Origin: Coleofasciculus chthonoplastes F2-STO-03
Lineage (GTDB): Bacteria > Cyanobacteriota > Cyanobacteriia > Cyanobacteriales > Coleofasciculaceae
Direction of reading: 5' to 3'
Length of the DNA: 33,311 nt
Assembly: GCA_040222015.1 (NCBI GenBank)
Contig: JAVJWO010000120.1
Coordinates: 1 to 33,311 of the forward strand
Made by a program: the position numbers and the translations under genes. Shown here in pieces: positions 8,386 to 18,386 of this stretch. Under the pieces are notes generated by a model, which saw nothing but the letters and a program-made list of their open reading frames with translations, was not told the origin of the DNA and did not search any database. Position 1 is the stretch's first letter. The number at the start of each line of letters is the position of its first letter.

Positions 8386-11103
8386 TTGGTTTTTGCTGTT
8401 TATTTTGCTTTGTTCGGCATACCTGAGGTGGTGGATTCTGTTTGGTGGCAAATTGGGATAATTGTTGGTTTGGTTGCAGGGATGGCGGCTAAGGCTGGTT
8501 CTGTTAGCGATTCCCGTTTTCATGAGACTATGATTGGTCAAACACAGAGGGAGGATGCGGGGACTCCAGTTATCGAAGTTTCCGATAATTTTACGGTTTT
8601 TCCGGTGGGGGTGAATGTTGGGGGGCGTCCGGTGATTTTTAGTGTCTTGGTGCGGGGAAAGGAAGATGGTAGTCAAGCGGTTGGGTTTGAGACGTGGTTG
8701 ATTCCTTATGATGCGGTGGTTCAGGCGTTGAAGCTGGAGGTGACGCCGTTATCGGATGGACAGTTGGACGTGCGATCGCCTGGATTGATTACTCGCCTCA
8801 ACCCCCAGGAGTTACGGAATGATCCGGAGTTGGGGTTGGTTTTGTCGATTGAGGAGGTGGAAGGGTTACTTGGGGTTCCCGCAGAATTTGATATTAATGA
8901 GTACGCGATTATTCTGAATCCGCCTTGGTTGGGACAGAAAACGGGGGGGATTGCAGGAACAGAAACCCCGGTGCAACTGGAAGGTTTGCCTCGGATTACG
9001 CCAAATGATGTGACTCTAACGGCGATTGAGGAACGGATTACGGCGACTGGATCAGAGTCAGCGTCGGGGTTGGGGGAGGCTTCGTCTCTGAGTTATCGGG
9101 GGGAATTGGCGGCGGTGGGAACGTTGCGATCGGGGAGTTGGTATGTTCGGGTGAATCAACCTGATGTTTTAGACTCGCCGAGTTGGAGTCTGACGGAAGC
9201 CCAGTATTTACGACAAACTGATGGGGCGGATTATGTGGTGGGTTCTCAACCGACGTTTTGGCGGAGTCAGGGGAGGGGGGATTATTGGGGCGTGACGACG
9301 ATTCAGCGTCAAGGGTTTACACCTCCGGTGACGTTTGGTGGGGGTGGATTTAGTCCGGGACAACGGTTGCAAGCGTCGCAGGTGGGGCGGACTATTGTGG
9401 GTGAAGCGGAACCGGGGACGTTGGTAAGGCTGACGCAAGGATTTAGCGATCGCGTTTTGGCTGAGGTGTTGGTGGATTCGTCGGGGGTTTATCGGTTTGA
9501 AGATGTACCGATTGGGGGTCAACGGTTGGGGAATTATCGAGTTTTATTATATCCTCAAGGACGCCTTTCCGCTCAGCCGGATGTGCGGGAGGCGACGTTT
9601 TCTACGGTTCCCGGACAAATTCCTGATCGGGCTGCGGCGACGATTGTTTCAGTGGGTTTTTCCCATCAACCACCTGGATTGAACCGTCAAAATTTTGTTG
9701 GACAATGGCAGGATTTTCAGGGGGGAATTGCCCAACGGTGGGGCGTATCGGAAGATTTGACAATAGGTGTGGGGGGGATTTATGACCAAACCGCGAGGGG
9801 ATTAGCGGATGTATTTTTTCGCCCCAAAGGGATACCCTTGGAAGTGGCGGCGTCGGTGTTGAGTCCAGATCAACAGGGGGATTGGGATAGTAATGCGAAT
9901 TTGCGTTATGAACCAACCTCTACGATTAGTTTACAGTTTAATCGCGATCGCCTCTCTCAACGTCTCAATTTAAATTGGCGTATCTTTCCCCGGTTGACGA
10001 TATTGGGAACTTATAATAGTCGCGAGGGTACGGCGGTGGGGATGCAAACCGGGTTTAGTCGTCGTGGTTTTTTTACCTTTGCCCGGGCGACGCTTGATGA
10101 CCAAAATCGCTGGCGCTGGAATGCGACGCAACGGTTAGGATTTCTCCAATTGAATCATCAGGGGAATGAGTTGGGATTTCGGTCAGATTTGAATTATAAT
10201 CTGTCGCGCCGTTTTCTGGGTGATGGCTATTCTGTACTGCTGAGTTATGAAACCCGCAACCTCCAGCAGGGGGATACTTTCGCCACAATTGGCTGGCGCT
10301 ATCGATCCAAAGTGCGATCGCTAGATGGGAGTTATTTGTGGGACACTCAGGTGGGTTATGGGGTTGGTTCTCAGGGTTCGGGCTGGATTGCCCAGGTACA
10401 AACTACAGTTATACCGGGTTTCCTGGTGCGGGGGCGTTATGATGGCGTATCCCTAACCTCGAATGAGGCGAATTATAGCCTAGAATTGGTGGCGAGTTTA
10501 AATGTACAGGAGGGGGTTTCTGGTGGCGATCGTCAATCGGATCGGTTTCGCGATCGCGGTGGGGTATTGATTCAGCCGTTTTTTGATCGTAATAATAATG
10601 GTAAGTTAGATAGCGGTGAAGACATCTACACCGAAAACCCAGAGTTATTATTAATTCTGAATAACCAACCGATTCAATCCTTTCGTCCCCAAGTCCAAGG
10701 GGATAGAATTGTCCTACGTTTACCACCAGGAACCTATCGCCTTGACTTTGATCCGTCTGGATTTCCCCTCGATTGGCAAACCGTTAATCAGGCGTATGCA
10801 GTACAGGTGGTGGCGGGAAGTTATACGATAGTACAAGTTCCCTTGGTATTATCCTATACTCTTTCTGGGGTGGTGACTGACGCCCAAGGAAATGTCGTTG
10901 CTGGGGCGAGGATAGAAGCGATTAGCGCTGATGGCGAACAACGACGATTTTCTGTCACCAATGGGGCGGGTGTTTATTATCTGGAACAGTTACCCCAGGG
11001 GATATTCACGCTGCAAATCAATCAGGAACCCGCCCAACCGGGGACAATCACCTTGGATGAGGATGCAGAACCCTTTCAGGAGTTGAATCTGCGATCGCCC
11101 TAA
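8386..11103 (+). CDS. Usher-like outer-membrane protein with C-terminal SdrD-B-like and carboxypeptidase-regulatory-like domains
   Basis: About 900 aa; amphipathic beta-strands; plug-like GRTIVGEAEPGTLVRL; FFDRNNNGKLDSGE; SGVVTDAQGNVVAGARI; follows the chaperone. Start uncertain (8386 TTG or 8431 GTG). Confidence 0.75.
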   Translation: MVFAVYFALFGIPEVVDSVWWQIGIIVGLVAGMAAKAGSVSDSRFHETMIGQTQREDAGTPVIEVSDNFTVFPVGVNVGGRPVIFSVLVRGKEDGSQAVGFETWLIPYDAVVQALKLEVTPLSDGQLDVRSPGLITRLNPQELRNDPELGLVLSIEEVEGLLGVPAEFDINEYAIILNPPWLGQKTGGIAGTETPVQLEGLPRITPNDVTLTAIEERITATGSESASGLGEASSLSYRGELAAVGTLRSGSWYVRVNQPDVLDSPSWSLTEAQYLRQTDGADYVVGSQPTFWRSQGRGDYWGVTTIQRQGFTPPVTFGGGGFSPGQRLQASQVGRTIVGEAEPGTLVRLTQGFSDRVLAEVLVDSSGVYRFEDVPIGGQRLGNYRVLLYPQGRLSAQPDVREATFSTVPGQIPDRAAATIVSVGFSHQPPGLNRQNFVGQWQDFQGGIAQRWGVSEDLTIGVGGIYDQTARGLADVFFRPKGIPLEVAASVLSPDQQGDWDSNANLRYEPTSTISLQFNRDRLSQRLNLNWRIFPRLTILGTYNSREGTAVGMQTGFSRRGFFTFARATLDDQNRWRWNATQRLGFLQLNHQGNELGFRSDLNYNLSRRFLGDGYSVLLSYETRNLQQGDTFATIGWRYRSKVRSLDGSYLWDTQVGYGVGSQGSGWIAQVQTTVIPGFLVRGRYDGVSLTSNEANYSLELVASLNVQEGVSGGDRQSDRFRDRGGVLIQPFFDRNNNGKLDSGEDIYTENPELLLILNNQPIQSFRPQVQGDRIVLRLPPGTYRLDFDPSGFPLDWQTVNQAYAVQVVAGSYTIVQVPLVLSYTLSGVVTDAQGNVVAGARIEAISADGEQRRFSVTNGAGVYYLEQLPQGIFTLQINQEPAQPGTITLDEDAEPFQELNLRSP

Positions 11104-11254
11104 CTCAATTCAGGACGAGAAAAGAGGGAACCCAAGATTTCACAAATCCTTGAGACATACTCTATACTATAAAACCTGATCAAAAGTTCAGTTCTTAATC
11201 TATAGCATAGTTTGGTAACTTTAACTCATTTTAGCTAAATTTTTTTCTAGCACG

Positions 11255-11283
11255 CTGACACTTGACATTTATTTCTTTATACT
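11255..11283 (+). promoter_or_regulatory. Putative sigma70-type promoter of the FHA-CHAT gene
   Basis: CTGACA-N17-TATACT. Confidence 0.5.
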
Positions 11284-11484
11284 AGAGAAATCTGCGACAA
11301 AATCAGTCATAAATGTAGTAACCCTGCAACCTCACTAAAGCGAAACCAATGATAGCTTTGGTTGATATGTTATCAATAACAACCTCTTCTAAGTCGATTA
11401 ACCACCCCCGACAGGGTGATTTTTGATCGATATAACCCATTAAACCAGTCCAGTGCATTTCTACCTCACGATCAGGGAAAAGTC

Positions 11485-14400
11485 ATGTCTACACCGATTC
11501 AGTTCAGCCGTTGGTTAGGGATAGTCTTGTTCATCCCATTGGTATTTCTGAAGCAGGAACCGCTACAAGCCGAGTCGATAACGGCGGCTGATGATGGAAC
11601 GACTACTATTATTAATGCAGACGGGAACCAGTTTAATATTACAGGCGGAACGCTTTCCGGAGATGGCGCGAATTTGTTCCATAGTTTCCAGCAGTTTGGA
11701 CTCGATGCTAATCAAGTTGCTAACTTTTTATCGAATCCACAGATCCACAATATTTTAGGCAGAATATCGGGGAACGAAGCGTCAATTATTAATGGGTTAA
11801 TTCAGATCACTGGTGGCAACTCTAATCTATTTTTGATGAACCCATCAGGATTTATTTTTGGGTCGGATGCCAGTCTGAATGTGCCAGGAAGTTTTACGGC
11901 AACGACGGCAAATGGGATGGGTTTTGAGAATGGTTGGTTTAATTCCAGTGGTGAGACAGACTATCAATCCTTAGTCGGTTCGCCGAATCGTTTTGCGTTT
12001 ACACTGGATCAGCCAGGAAGCATTATTAATGCGGGTGAATTGGCAGTAAGTGAGGGCAAAAATTTAACCCTACTGGCGGGTCAAGTGATTAATACGGGAA
12101 CCCTTTCCGCCCCCGGAGGAACCATTACAGTTACGGCGGTTCCTGGAGAAAACTTAGTCCGAATTTCTCAAGCCGGGATGTTACTGTCGTTAGAAATTGA
12201 AGCCGCAACAGCAGGAGATTCGCTGTCAACAGTCGAAGACATTTCACCCTTACAATTAGCTGAGTTATTGACTGGACAAGACGAAGAGAGTACAGGCGTT
12301 ATTGTTGACTCAGCAAATACGGTGCGACTCATCAGTTCAGATGTCGAGATTCCCACTATATCAGGAACAACAATTCTATCTGGCGTGATTGATACGTCGA
12401 GTGAGCAAGTGGCGGGTAATGTCTATCTAGTGGGCGAACAAGTGGGATTACTGAATGCCACAATTAATGCGTCCGGTGGTGATAAAGGTGGCACTATTTT
12501 GATTGGTGGCGGGTTTCAAGGACAAGGTGCGATACCGAATGCTTTACGGACATTTGTGAGTCAGGATTCCGTTATTTATGCTGATGCGATAAATACAGGA
12601 AATGCTGGACAGGTTGTGGCTTGGGCAGATGAAATTAACCGTTTTTCTGGCAGTGTGAGTGCCAAAGGAGGCGACATTTCCGGTGATGGTGGCTTGGTGG
12701 AGATATCGGCTAAGGATAGTTTGATTTTCCGAGGGTTAGTTGATGTTGGGGCAACATCCGGGAATCTAGGAACTATTTTATTTGATCCGAAGAATATCAC
12801 GATTAGTGATGGAGAAACGGAGAGTTTGGCTGACAATAATCTTTTTGGCGAGAATCCAGGCAACTCTGTTATCTTTGATACGGATCAGCTCAATGAGCTC
12901 ATGGGCAATGTTGTTCTACAAGCGAATAATGATATTACGATTAATCAGAGTATCAATGCGTTTAACATTAGCACGTTGACGCTGCAAGCGGGCAGAAGTA
13001 TCACCATTAATAATGTGATCATTACCTTAAACGGCGGCAACTTTAGTGCCACAATTAATGATGAAAATGCTTTAGCCGCCCAGCGAGATGCAGAAGTTGC
13101 CCAATTTGTGATGAACTCAGGGTCGCAAATTTTGACGGATGGGGGTAATATTTCGATTAAACCGGGAAGCTTTGGCGGTGAAGTTATAGGAACGGTACTG
13201 CTTAACGATGGGATGCTTAATTCTGGGACAGGTACGATTGATATTACCGGCAGAGGAAGTCTTGACGGTGCAGCAAAAACGGGGATTTTTCTGAGTAATG
13301 GTGCGGTTGTGGAAGCAACGGGAACAGGTAATATTAACCTGAATGGTACAGGGGGTTCAGGTACAAATGCGACTCGCGGTATCGAGATTCAAAATCCTGG
13401 AACACGGGTAAGTTCTGAGGATGGGGATATTTTAATTAACGGCATGGGTGGAGACTCAACCGGAAACGATAACTTTGGTATTTTTATGTTGGGTGGTGTG
13501 GTTGAATCCACAGGAATCGGCAATATTACCCTAGAGGGTACAGCAGGAACGGGAACAGATGGGAATCGAGGGATTCAGATTCAAAATTCAGGAACCGTAA
13601 GTTCAAACAATGGTGATATTGTCCTAAGTGGTGAAGCCGGAAATGCCACGGGAAATAATAACTTTGGTATTTTTATGCTGAGTGGCGGTGTGGTTGAATC
13701 CACAGGTTCAGGGAATATTACCCTAGAGGGTACAGGGGAAACAGAGGTTTCCAGTCGCGGGATTCAGATTCAGGATTCAGGGACAAAGGTAAGTTCAAAT
13801 AGTGGTAATATTCTCCTTAGCAGTACGGGGCAAGATGTAACAGGATCAGATAATATTGGTATTTCTCTGCTGGGAAGTGGTACGGTTGAATCCCAAGGTA
13901 TTGGAAATATTACGCTGACCAGTGAAGGTAGTATTGATGCTAGTAGTGGCATCCTGGATAGTAGTTCACCGACAACGGGTGGAACGATTGCCATAACTAG
14001 CGAAAATGGGGCGATTACGACGGGTGATATTAATACCTCTGGCGATACGAATGGCGGGAATCTTGTCATCGAAGCTAACCGGGAAATTACCACTGGGAAA
14101 CTTAACACTACTGGTGGTTCTGGAGGAGGGGGTAATGTTAGCCTTAATGCCCCTAATGATATTCAAGTTAGCTGGATTAATACAGAAGGGGGTACAACAG
14201 GCGGTGCAGTTGATGTTAACACTGACAGCTTTTTCCGCGCCACTGATATCTTTACCGCCGCTAATGGAATACCTGCGAGTATCTCCACAATTGGAGGGAG
14301 TGAAGGGGGCAATATTACGATTAGCCATGGCGGAGAAAATGAAACACCCTTTGAAATCGGTGATGCAACGACGAATGGCATAGCTGCTTCCCTTACCACG

Positions 14401-15882
14401 GGTAGTGCGACAATTTCTCCGGTGGAATCATTCCCCTCAACTCAAACGACAGGAAATATCCAGATTATTAGTGCAGGTTCTCCACAGACGCCTGTAACTC
14501 CACAGACGCCTGTTTCCCCGGATGAGATTTACAATCTTTATGAGGGGATTGATTCAGACAATCTTATCGAGTCTCTGCCCTTTATCAACACCACCGATAA
14601 TGTGACTCAAGCACTGCCAATTATAAACGCCTCAACCCCACTTTTAACCCTACAAGATGCGGCAGGGGCAACAAATCGCTATATTGAATCCTTAGAAAAA
14701 GCCCGACTGAAAGAATTTGCGGATTACTTTGGGCAAGATTTCTCTCAATATTCAATTTCCTTAGCCAGTATTGAACAAACATTGGCAGACATTGAACGCC
14801 AAACCGGAAATCGTTCCGCCGTGGTTTATGCGGTAACCCAACCGGATGGCGTGAAATTAGTCCTCTTTAACGCCGCCGCCGAACCTGTAACTAAAGTTAT
14901 CCCGGTTAATCGCGACCAACTTCTACGAGTTACCAACGAACTGCGAGTCCAACTTACAGATGCATTTCGCCGTCGAGGGAATGGTTATTTGAAACCCGCG
15001 CAACAACTTTATCAGTGGTTAATTGCACCCATTGCATCGGAACTGGAAGCGGCTGAAATTGATACGTTACTCTTTTCCATGGATGCGGGATTGCGAACGA
15101 TACCTATGCCAGTCTTGCATGATGGTCAACAGTTTTTGATTGAAAACTACAGCCTCAGCATGATTCCCACATTCAGCCTGATGAATAGTAATTATCAGGC
15201 GCTGGAAAATCCGCGAATCTTAGCGATGGGGGCATCAGAATTTACGGAACTGAATCCGTTACCAGCGGTTCCCGTTGAGTTATCAACGATTGCCCAAGAA
15301 GTGGGTTCGGGTGAAGTGTTTCTCAATCAAGAGTTTACCTTAGAGAATTTAATTCAAGCACGCCAGCGTTATCCTTATGAAATTATTCACTTAGGAACTC
15401 ATGCCGATTTTAAATCTGGAGGACCAAGTAATTCCTATGTGCAGTTGTGGAATGATAAGCTAACTTTAGACCAAATGCAACAGATGAATTGGGATAATCC
15501 GCCTGTAGAATTATTAGTGTTATCGGCTTGTCGCACGGCGGTGGGTGACAATCAGGCGGAGTTAGGGTTTGCTGGATTAGCGGTGGCGTCGGGTGTGAAG
15601 AGTGCTTTAGGTAGTGTCTGGCAGGTGAGTGACCAAGGTACATTAGCTTTAATGACTGAGTTGTATAACCAACTGGGTCAGACTCCAATTAAAGCAGAGG
15701 CGCTACGAGAAGCCCAGTTATCTATGTTGCGGGGAAATGTAGTGATTGAAGGGGGACAATTGCGCGGAAGTGGAACGCGAGGAGGGGTATCGTTACCGCC
15801 ACAATTGGCTGAGTTGGGACAGGTTGATTTATCTCATCCTTATTATTGGTCGGGATTTATGATGATTGGTAGTCCGTGGTAA
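11485..15882 (+). CDS. Filamentous haemagglutinin-like (TPS domain, beta-helix) protein with C-terminal CHAT protease domain
   Basis: Signal peptide; NLFHSFQQF and NPSG; Gly/Asn/Thr-rich repeats; CHAT motifs IIHLGTHA, LSACRTA, HPYYWSGF. Start at ATG 11485 preferred over 11416. Confidence 0.92.
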   Translation: MSTPIQFSRWLGIVLFIPLVFLKQEPLQAESITAADDGTTTIINADGNQFNITGGTLSGDGANLFHSFQQFGLDANQVANFLSNPQIHNILGRISGNEASIINGLIQITGGNSNLFLMNPSGFIFGSDASLNVPGSFTATTANGMGFENGWFNSSGETDYQSLVGSPNRFAFTLDQPGSIINAGELAVSEGKNLTLLAGQVINTGTLSAPGGTITVTAVPGENLVRISQAGMLLSLEIEAATAGDSLSTVEDISPLQLAELLTGQDEESTGVIVDSANTVRLISSDVEIPTISGTTILSGVIDTSSEQVAGNVYLVGEQVGLLNATINASGGDKGGTILIGGGFQGQGAIPNALRTFVSQDSVIYADAINTGNAGQVVAWADEINRFSGSVSAKGGDISGDGGLVEISAKDSLIFRGLVDVGATSGNLGTILFDPKNITISDGETESLADNNLFGENPGNSVIFDTDQLNELMGNVVLQANNDITINQSINAFNISTLTLQAGRSITINNVIITLNGGNFSATINDENALAAQRDAEVAQFVMNSGSQILTDGGNISIKPGSFGGEVIGTVLLNDGMLNSGTGTIDITGRGSLDGAAKTGIFLSNGAVVEATGTGNINLNGTGGSGTNATRGIEIQNPGTRVSSEDGDILINGMGGDSTGNDNFGIFMLGGVVESTGIGNITLEGTAGTGTDGNRGIQIQNSGTVSSNNGDIVLSGEAGNATGNNNFGIFMLSGGVVESTGSGNITLEGTGETEVSSRGIQIQDSGTKVSSNSGNILLSSTGQDVTGSDNIGISLLGSGTVESQGIGNITLTSEGSIDASSGILDSSSPTTGGTIAITSENGAITTGDINTSGDTNGGNLVIEANREITTGKLNTTGGSGGGGNVSLNAPNDIQVSWINTEGGTTGGAVDVNTDSFFRATDIFTAANGIPASISTIGGSEGGNITISHGGENETPFEIGDATTNGIAASLTTGSATISPVESFPSTQTTGNIQIISAGSPQTPVTPQTPVSPDEIYNLYEGIDSDNLIESLPFINTTDNVTQALPIINASTPLLTLQDAAGATNRYIESLEKARLKEFADYFGQDFSQYSISLASIEQTLADIERQTGNRSAVVYAVTQPDGVKLVLFNAAAEPVTKVIPVNRDQLLRVTNELRVQLTDAFRRRGNGYLKPAQQLYQWLIAPIASELEAAEIDTLLFSMDAGLRTIPMPVLHDGQQFLIENYSLSMIPTFSLMNSNYQALENPRILAMGASEFTELNPLPAVPVELSTIAQEVGSGEVFLNQEFTLENLIQARQRYPYEIIHLGTHADFKSGGPSNSYVQLWNDKLTLDQMQQMNWDNPPVELLVLSACRTAVGDNQAELGFAGLAVASGVKSALGSVWQVSDQGTLALMTELYNQLGQTPIKAEALREAQLSMLRGNVVIEGGQLRGSGTRGGVSLPPQLAELGQVDLSHPYYWSGFMMIGSPW

Positions 15883-15922
15883 GTTATAGCAACCGCCATG
15901 GCTGTTAGGACACATCATTTAT

Positions 15923-15950
15923 GTAGAGACGCGCCATGGCGCGTCTCTAC
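15923..15950. repeat. Perfect 28-bp GTAG palindrome between convergent genes
   Basis: GTAGAGACGCGCCATGGCGCGTCTCTAC. Confidence 0.92.
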
Positions 15951-15954
15951 ACGA

Positions 15955-16170
15955 TTAATTTTCTGCTTCCGTAGAAACAGAAGGAATAAACTCCTCCGCG
16001 TAACCCACATCAAACACAATCGCGAATTGTAAGTCAGGCATCATCCGCTTCAGAATACGCAAATGACCTTCAGCATCGCCACGACGACGGAAGCGACCCA
16101 CAATGACATGTTGCAAATTCGACTGCAAGCGGACAATTTTCCACGGACTTAACCTGTCTTGATAATTCAT
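15955..16170 (-). CDS. Small hypothetical protein
   Basis: 71 aa; the PW.IVRL...V.RFRRR.DAE.HL pattern resembles a recurrent small cyanobacterial protein (from memory). Confidence 0.7.
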   Translation of the reverse strand: MNYQDRLSPWKIVRLQSNLQHVIVGRFRRRGDAEGHLRILKRMMPDLQFAIVFDVGYAEEFIPSVSTEAEN

Positions 16171-16541
16171 TTCTGTAAAACCCCTTGTGTCAACGACCCA
16201 TGACTAATGGCTGTACATGATAGTCAGGGCTGAGATTATGGATAGAGAACCCGGTGAGATCATGTTTCAGTCTTATATAGTGATACGGCTTTCATCAGAG
16301 CTATCGGGATAGAATCCCTGGTACCGCTACCTTAGAACTGAACAGGGAACAGTAAGGGTTTGAGGGCGATTTACTTGCACTGGCTCCGGAGCGTACCGTT
16401 TTATGCCAGTCCGACTACTTACCCTAAACCTTGGAGCTTTTTGCTATACCTAAATTAGATAACTTTTCAGGGGTGCATTTCATTTTAGAGTTTCGATTGA
16501 TCAGCAGATGAATTTTTCAAAAATTCTTATTATGTAAAAAA

Positions 16542-17165
16542 TTACTTATACGGGAATAAAACCTCTCGAAATGTGAGGGATACTCTCCGACTTCTGACTA
16601 ACTCTCTTCCCTGATACTTATCTTTTTTGCGAGGAGAAATGCCATGTTGCCACTGATAACGGGCAACCCCTTGCAAAATAATTAAACTTCCAGGTGATAA
16701 CAGAAAAGGAATCTGGGTTTTTGTTGGTGGGTGGGTAAAATTCATCACACAACTACTCCCTAAACTCAGGGAAATAATCGTATTGCCAAAACAGGGAACA
16801 CAGTCAACATGATTGGTAATGCCTTGACCCGGTAAGTACTCATTAACAATCAGTTGATCGGGGGGAGTTGGGGTGACGCGATCGCGAACCAGTCGTTGTC
16901 CCAGTTGATCTGCCCAATTTGGCAATTCTCCTAAGTAGCTGGCGGATACTAATGTCCGTTTTTTATACTCATAGCGATACCCATAATGTTGTACTCTGCG
17001 TTTTAATTGGGTTGACCATTCCTGCTGATCGATAATCTCTAGTAATTGATTTTGTTCCTGTGTAGTGATATAGTCCGCAATATGTTTGAGTCCAGGTATT
17101 TCTGGCACAATAAAGTCTGATTTAGGGTCTAAATTGAAGTTTAGAGATTTTGATGATGGTATCAT
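16542..17165 (-). CDS. AlkB-family 2OG-Fe(II) dioxygenase
   Basis: RRVQHYGY, NEYLPGQGITNHVD (HxD), WQHGI, RRVSLTFR. Confidence 0.92.
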   Translation of the reverse strand: MIPSSKSLNFNLDPKSDFIVPEIPGLKHIADYITTQEQNQLLEIIDQQEWSTQLKRRVQHYGYRYEYKKRTLVSASYLGELPNWADQLGQRLVRDRVTPTPPDQLIVNEYLPGQGITNHVDCVPCFGNTIISLSLGSSCVMNFTHPPTKTQIPFLLSPGSLIILQGVARYQWQHGISPRKKDKYQGRELVRSRRVSLTFREVLFPYK

Positions 17166-17280
17166 TATTAGCGGAAAAATTTATTCGATAAGCTGATTAA
17201 CTAGCTTGTTAAAGCTTAACACATTGAAATGATCACGTAAAAGGTTAATCAGCCCAATTTGGAGTGAGTCATTGATTATT

Positions 17281-17340
17281 GTAGGGGCGACCCGCTGCAA
17301 TAATAAACCGGGGAATTGCCTAACTTGATCGGGTCGCCCA
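17281..17340. repeat. REP-like element GTAGGGGCGACCCG...CGGGTCGCCC
   Basis: Inverted arms with GTAG end. Confidence 0.8.
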
Positions 17341-17400
17341 CTATTAAATGAAAATCAATTCCAACTTAATAGACTGTTCCCCCTTCTAGGGGATCTATTC

Positions 17401-17535
17401 AACAGGGGGTTAAAACTGGCAATATTCAACTTTTGTGATGGCTTGGGACTCGCCCAACAATTAGACGACTTGAATATTCCGCAAATGATTGTCACGGGGG
17501 AATTAATCCCTGATAAACTTGCCACAGTTTTGTGA
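17401..17535 (+). pseudogene. CHAT-domain gene fragment
   Basis: Manual translation NRGLKLAIFNFCDGLGLAQQLDDLNIPQMIVTGELIPDKLATVL*, matching the cyanobacterial CHAT motif GLKLAIFNSCDGLGLA; no start context. Confidence 0.72.
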
Positions 17536-17540
17536 AGTCA

Positions 17541-17568
17541 TCGACAATCAACAATCAACAATCAACGA
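17541..17568. repeat. Heptamer tandem repeat (TCAACAA)x4, degenerate
   Basis: Seen directly in sequence. Confidence 0.75.
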
Positions 17569-17614
17569 TTTACCGCTATGCTATAACATTGGTGGTATCA
17601 GTTGCGCCCCTAAG

Positions 17615-18289
17615 ATGATAATTCTCACCAATGATGATGGAATAGATGCTCCAGGGATTCAAGCACTCCAGCACGCCGTCAAGGGTAAAGGCGTTATCGT
17701 TGCGCCTCAAACCCATTTATCCGGTTGTAGTCATCAAGTTACCACGCATCAGCCCATCCAGGTTCAACAGCGCTCAGAATTTGCCTACGCAGTCGCAGGT
17801 ACACCCGCCGATTGCACCCGTCTCGCCCTGACTCAACTGGTGCAAAATCCCCAATGGGTACTCTCTGGAATTAATGCAGGCGGTAATCTAGGAGTAGATG
17901 TGCATATTTCCGGTACAGTCGCAGCGGTGCGGGAAGCAGCGATTCTGGGAATTCCGGGGATTGCGATTTCCCACTGGATTAAACGCCCTTTGGTGATTGA
18001 TTGGCAAGTGGCTAGCTGTTGGGCAACCCGAGTGTTAGGGGAGTTATTTCAACATCCCACTCCTCCCGGTACGTTTTGGAATGTGAATTTACCGCACCTA
18101 GAACCTGGTTCTCCAGAACCCGATATCGTCTTCTGTAAACCGAGTACTCAGCCCTTACCCGTTAACTATGTGGTAGAGGGGGATCACTATTACTATAAAG
18201 GCGAATATGCCAAACGCGATCGCGCCCCGGGTACAGATGTTGATATTTGTTTTAGCGGTAGTATCGCCGTGACTCAACTGTCACTTTGA
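17615..18289 (+). CDS. surE: 5'/3'-nucleotidase SurE
   Basis: ILTNDDG, GTPADC, SGINAGGN, SGTVAA, NVN. Start at ATG 17615. Confidence 0.93.
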   Translation: MIILTNDDGIDAPGIQALQHAVKGKGVIVAPQTHLSGCSHQVTTHQPIQVQQRSEFAYAVAGTPADCTRLALTQLVQNPQWVLSGINAGGNLGVDVHISGTVAAVREAAILGIPGIAISHWIKRPLVIDWQVASCWATRVLGELFQHPTPPGTFWNVNLPHLEPGSPEPDIVFCKPSTQPLPVNYVVEGDHYYYKGEYAKRDRAPGTDVDICFSGSIAVTQLSL

Positions 18290-18323
18290 GTCCCCAATTT
18301 TTACGGGAAATCTAGAAACCTGC

Positions 18324-18386
18324 GTTGGGGCGGGTTTAGTTACATCTGGATATAACCGAAACGATAGTAGTAAAACCCGCCCCTAC
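18324..18386. repeat. REP-like element overlapping the ABC gene stop codon
   Basis: GGGGCGGGTTT...AAACCCGCCCCTAC; the TAG stop lies within its GTAG end. Confidence 0.85.

Noticed and set aside
8329..15688. Numerous antisense or alternative-frame ORFs inside the usher and FHA-CHAT genes
   Set aside because: Fully overlap long, motif-supported genes; typical codon-bias shadows.
16189..16232. GTCAACGACCC...hairpin resembling a second omegaRNA left end
   Set aside because: Downstream scaffold blocks (GACCAG, CTACG, GTTAAAC) are absent; more likely a leader hairpin of the small gene.
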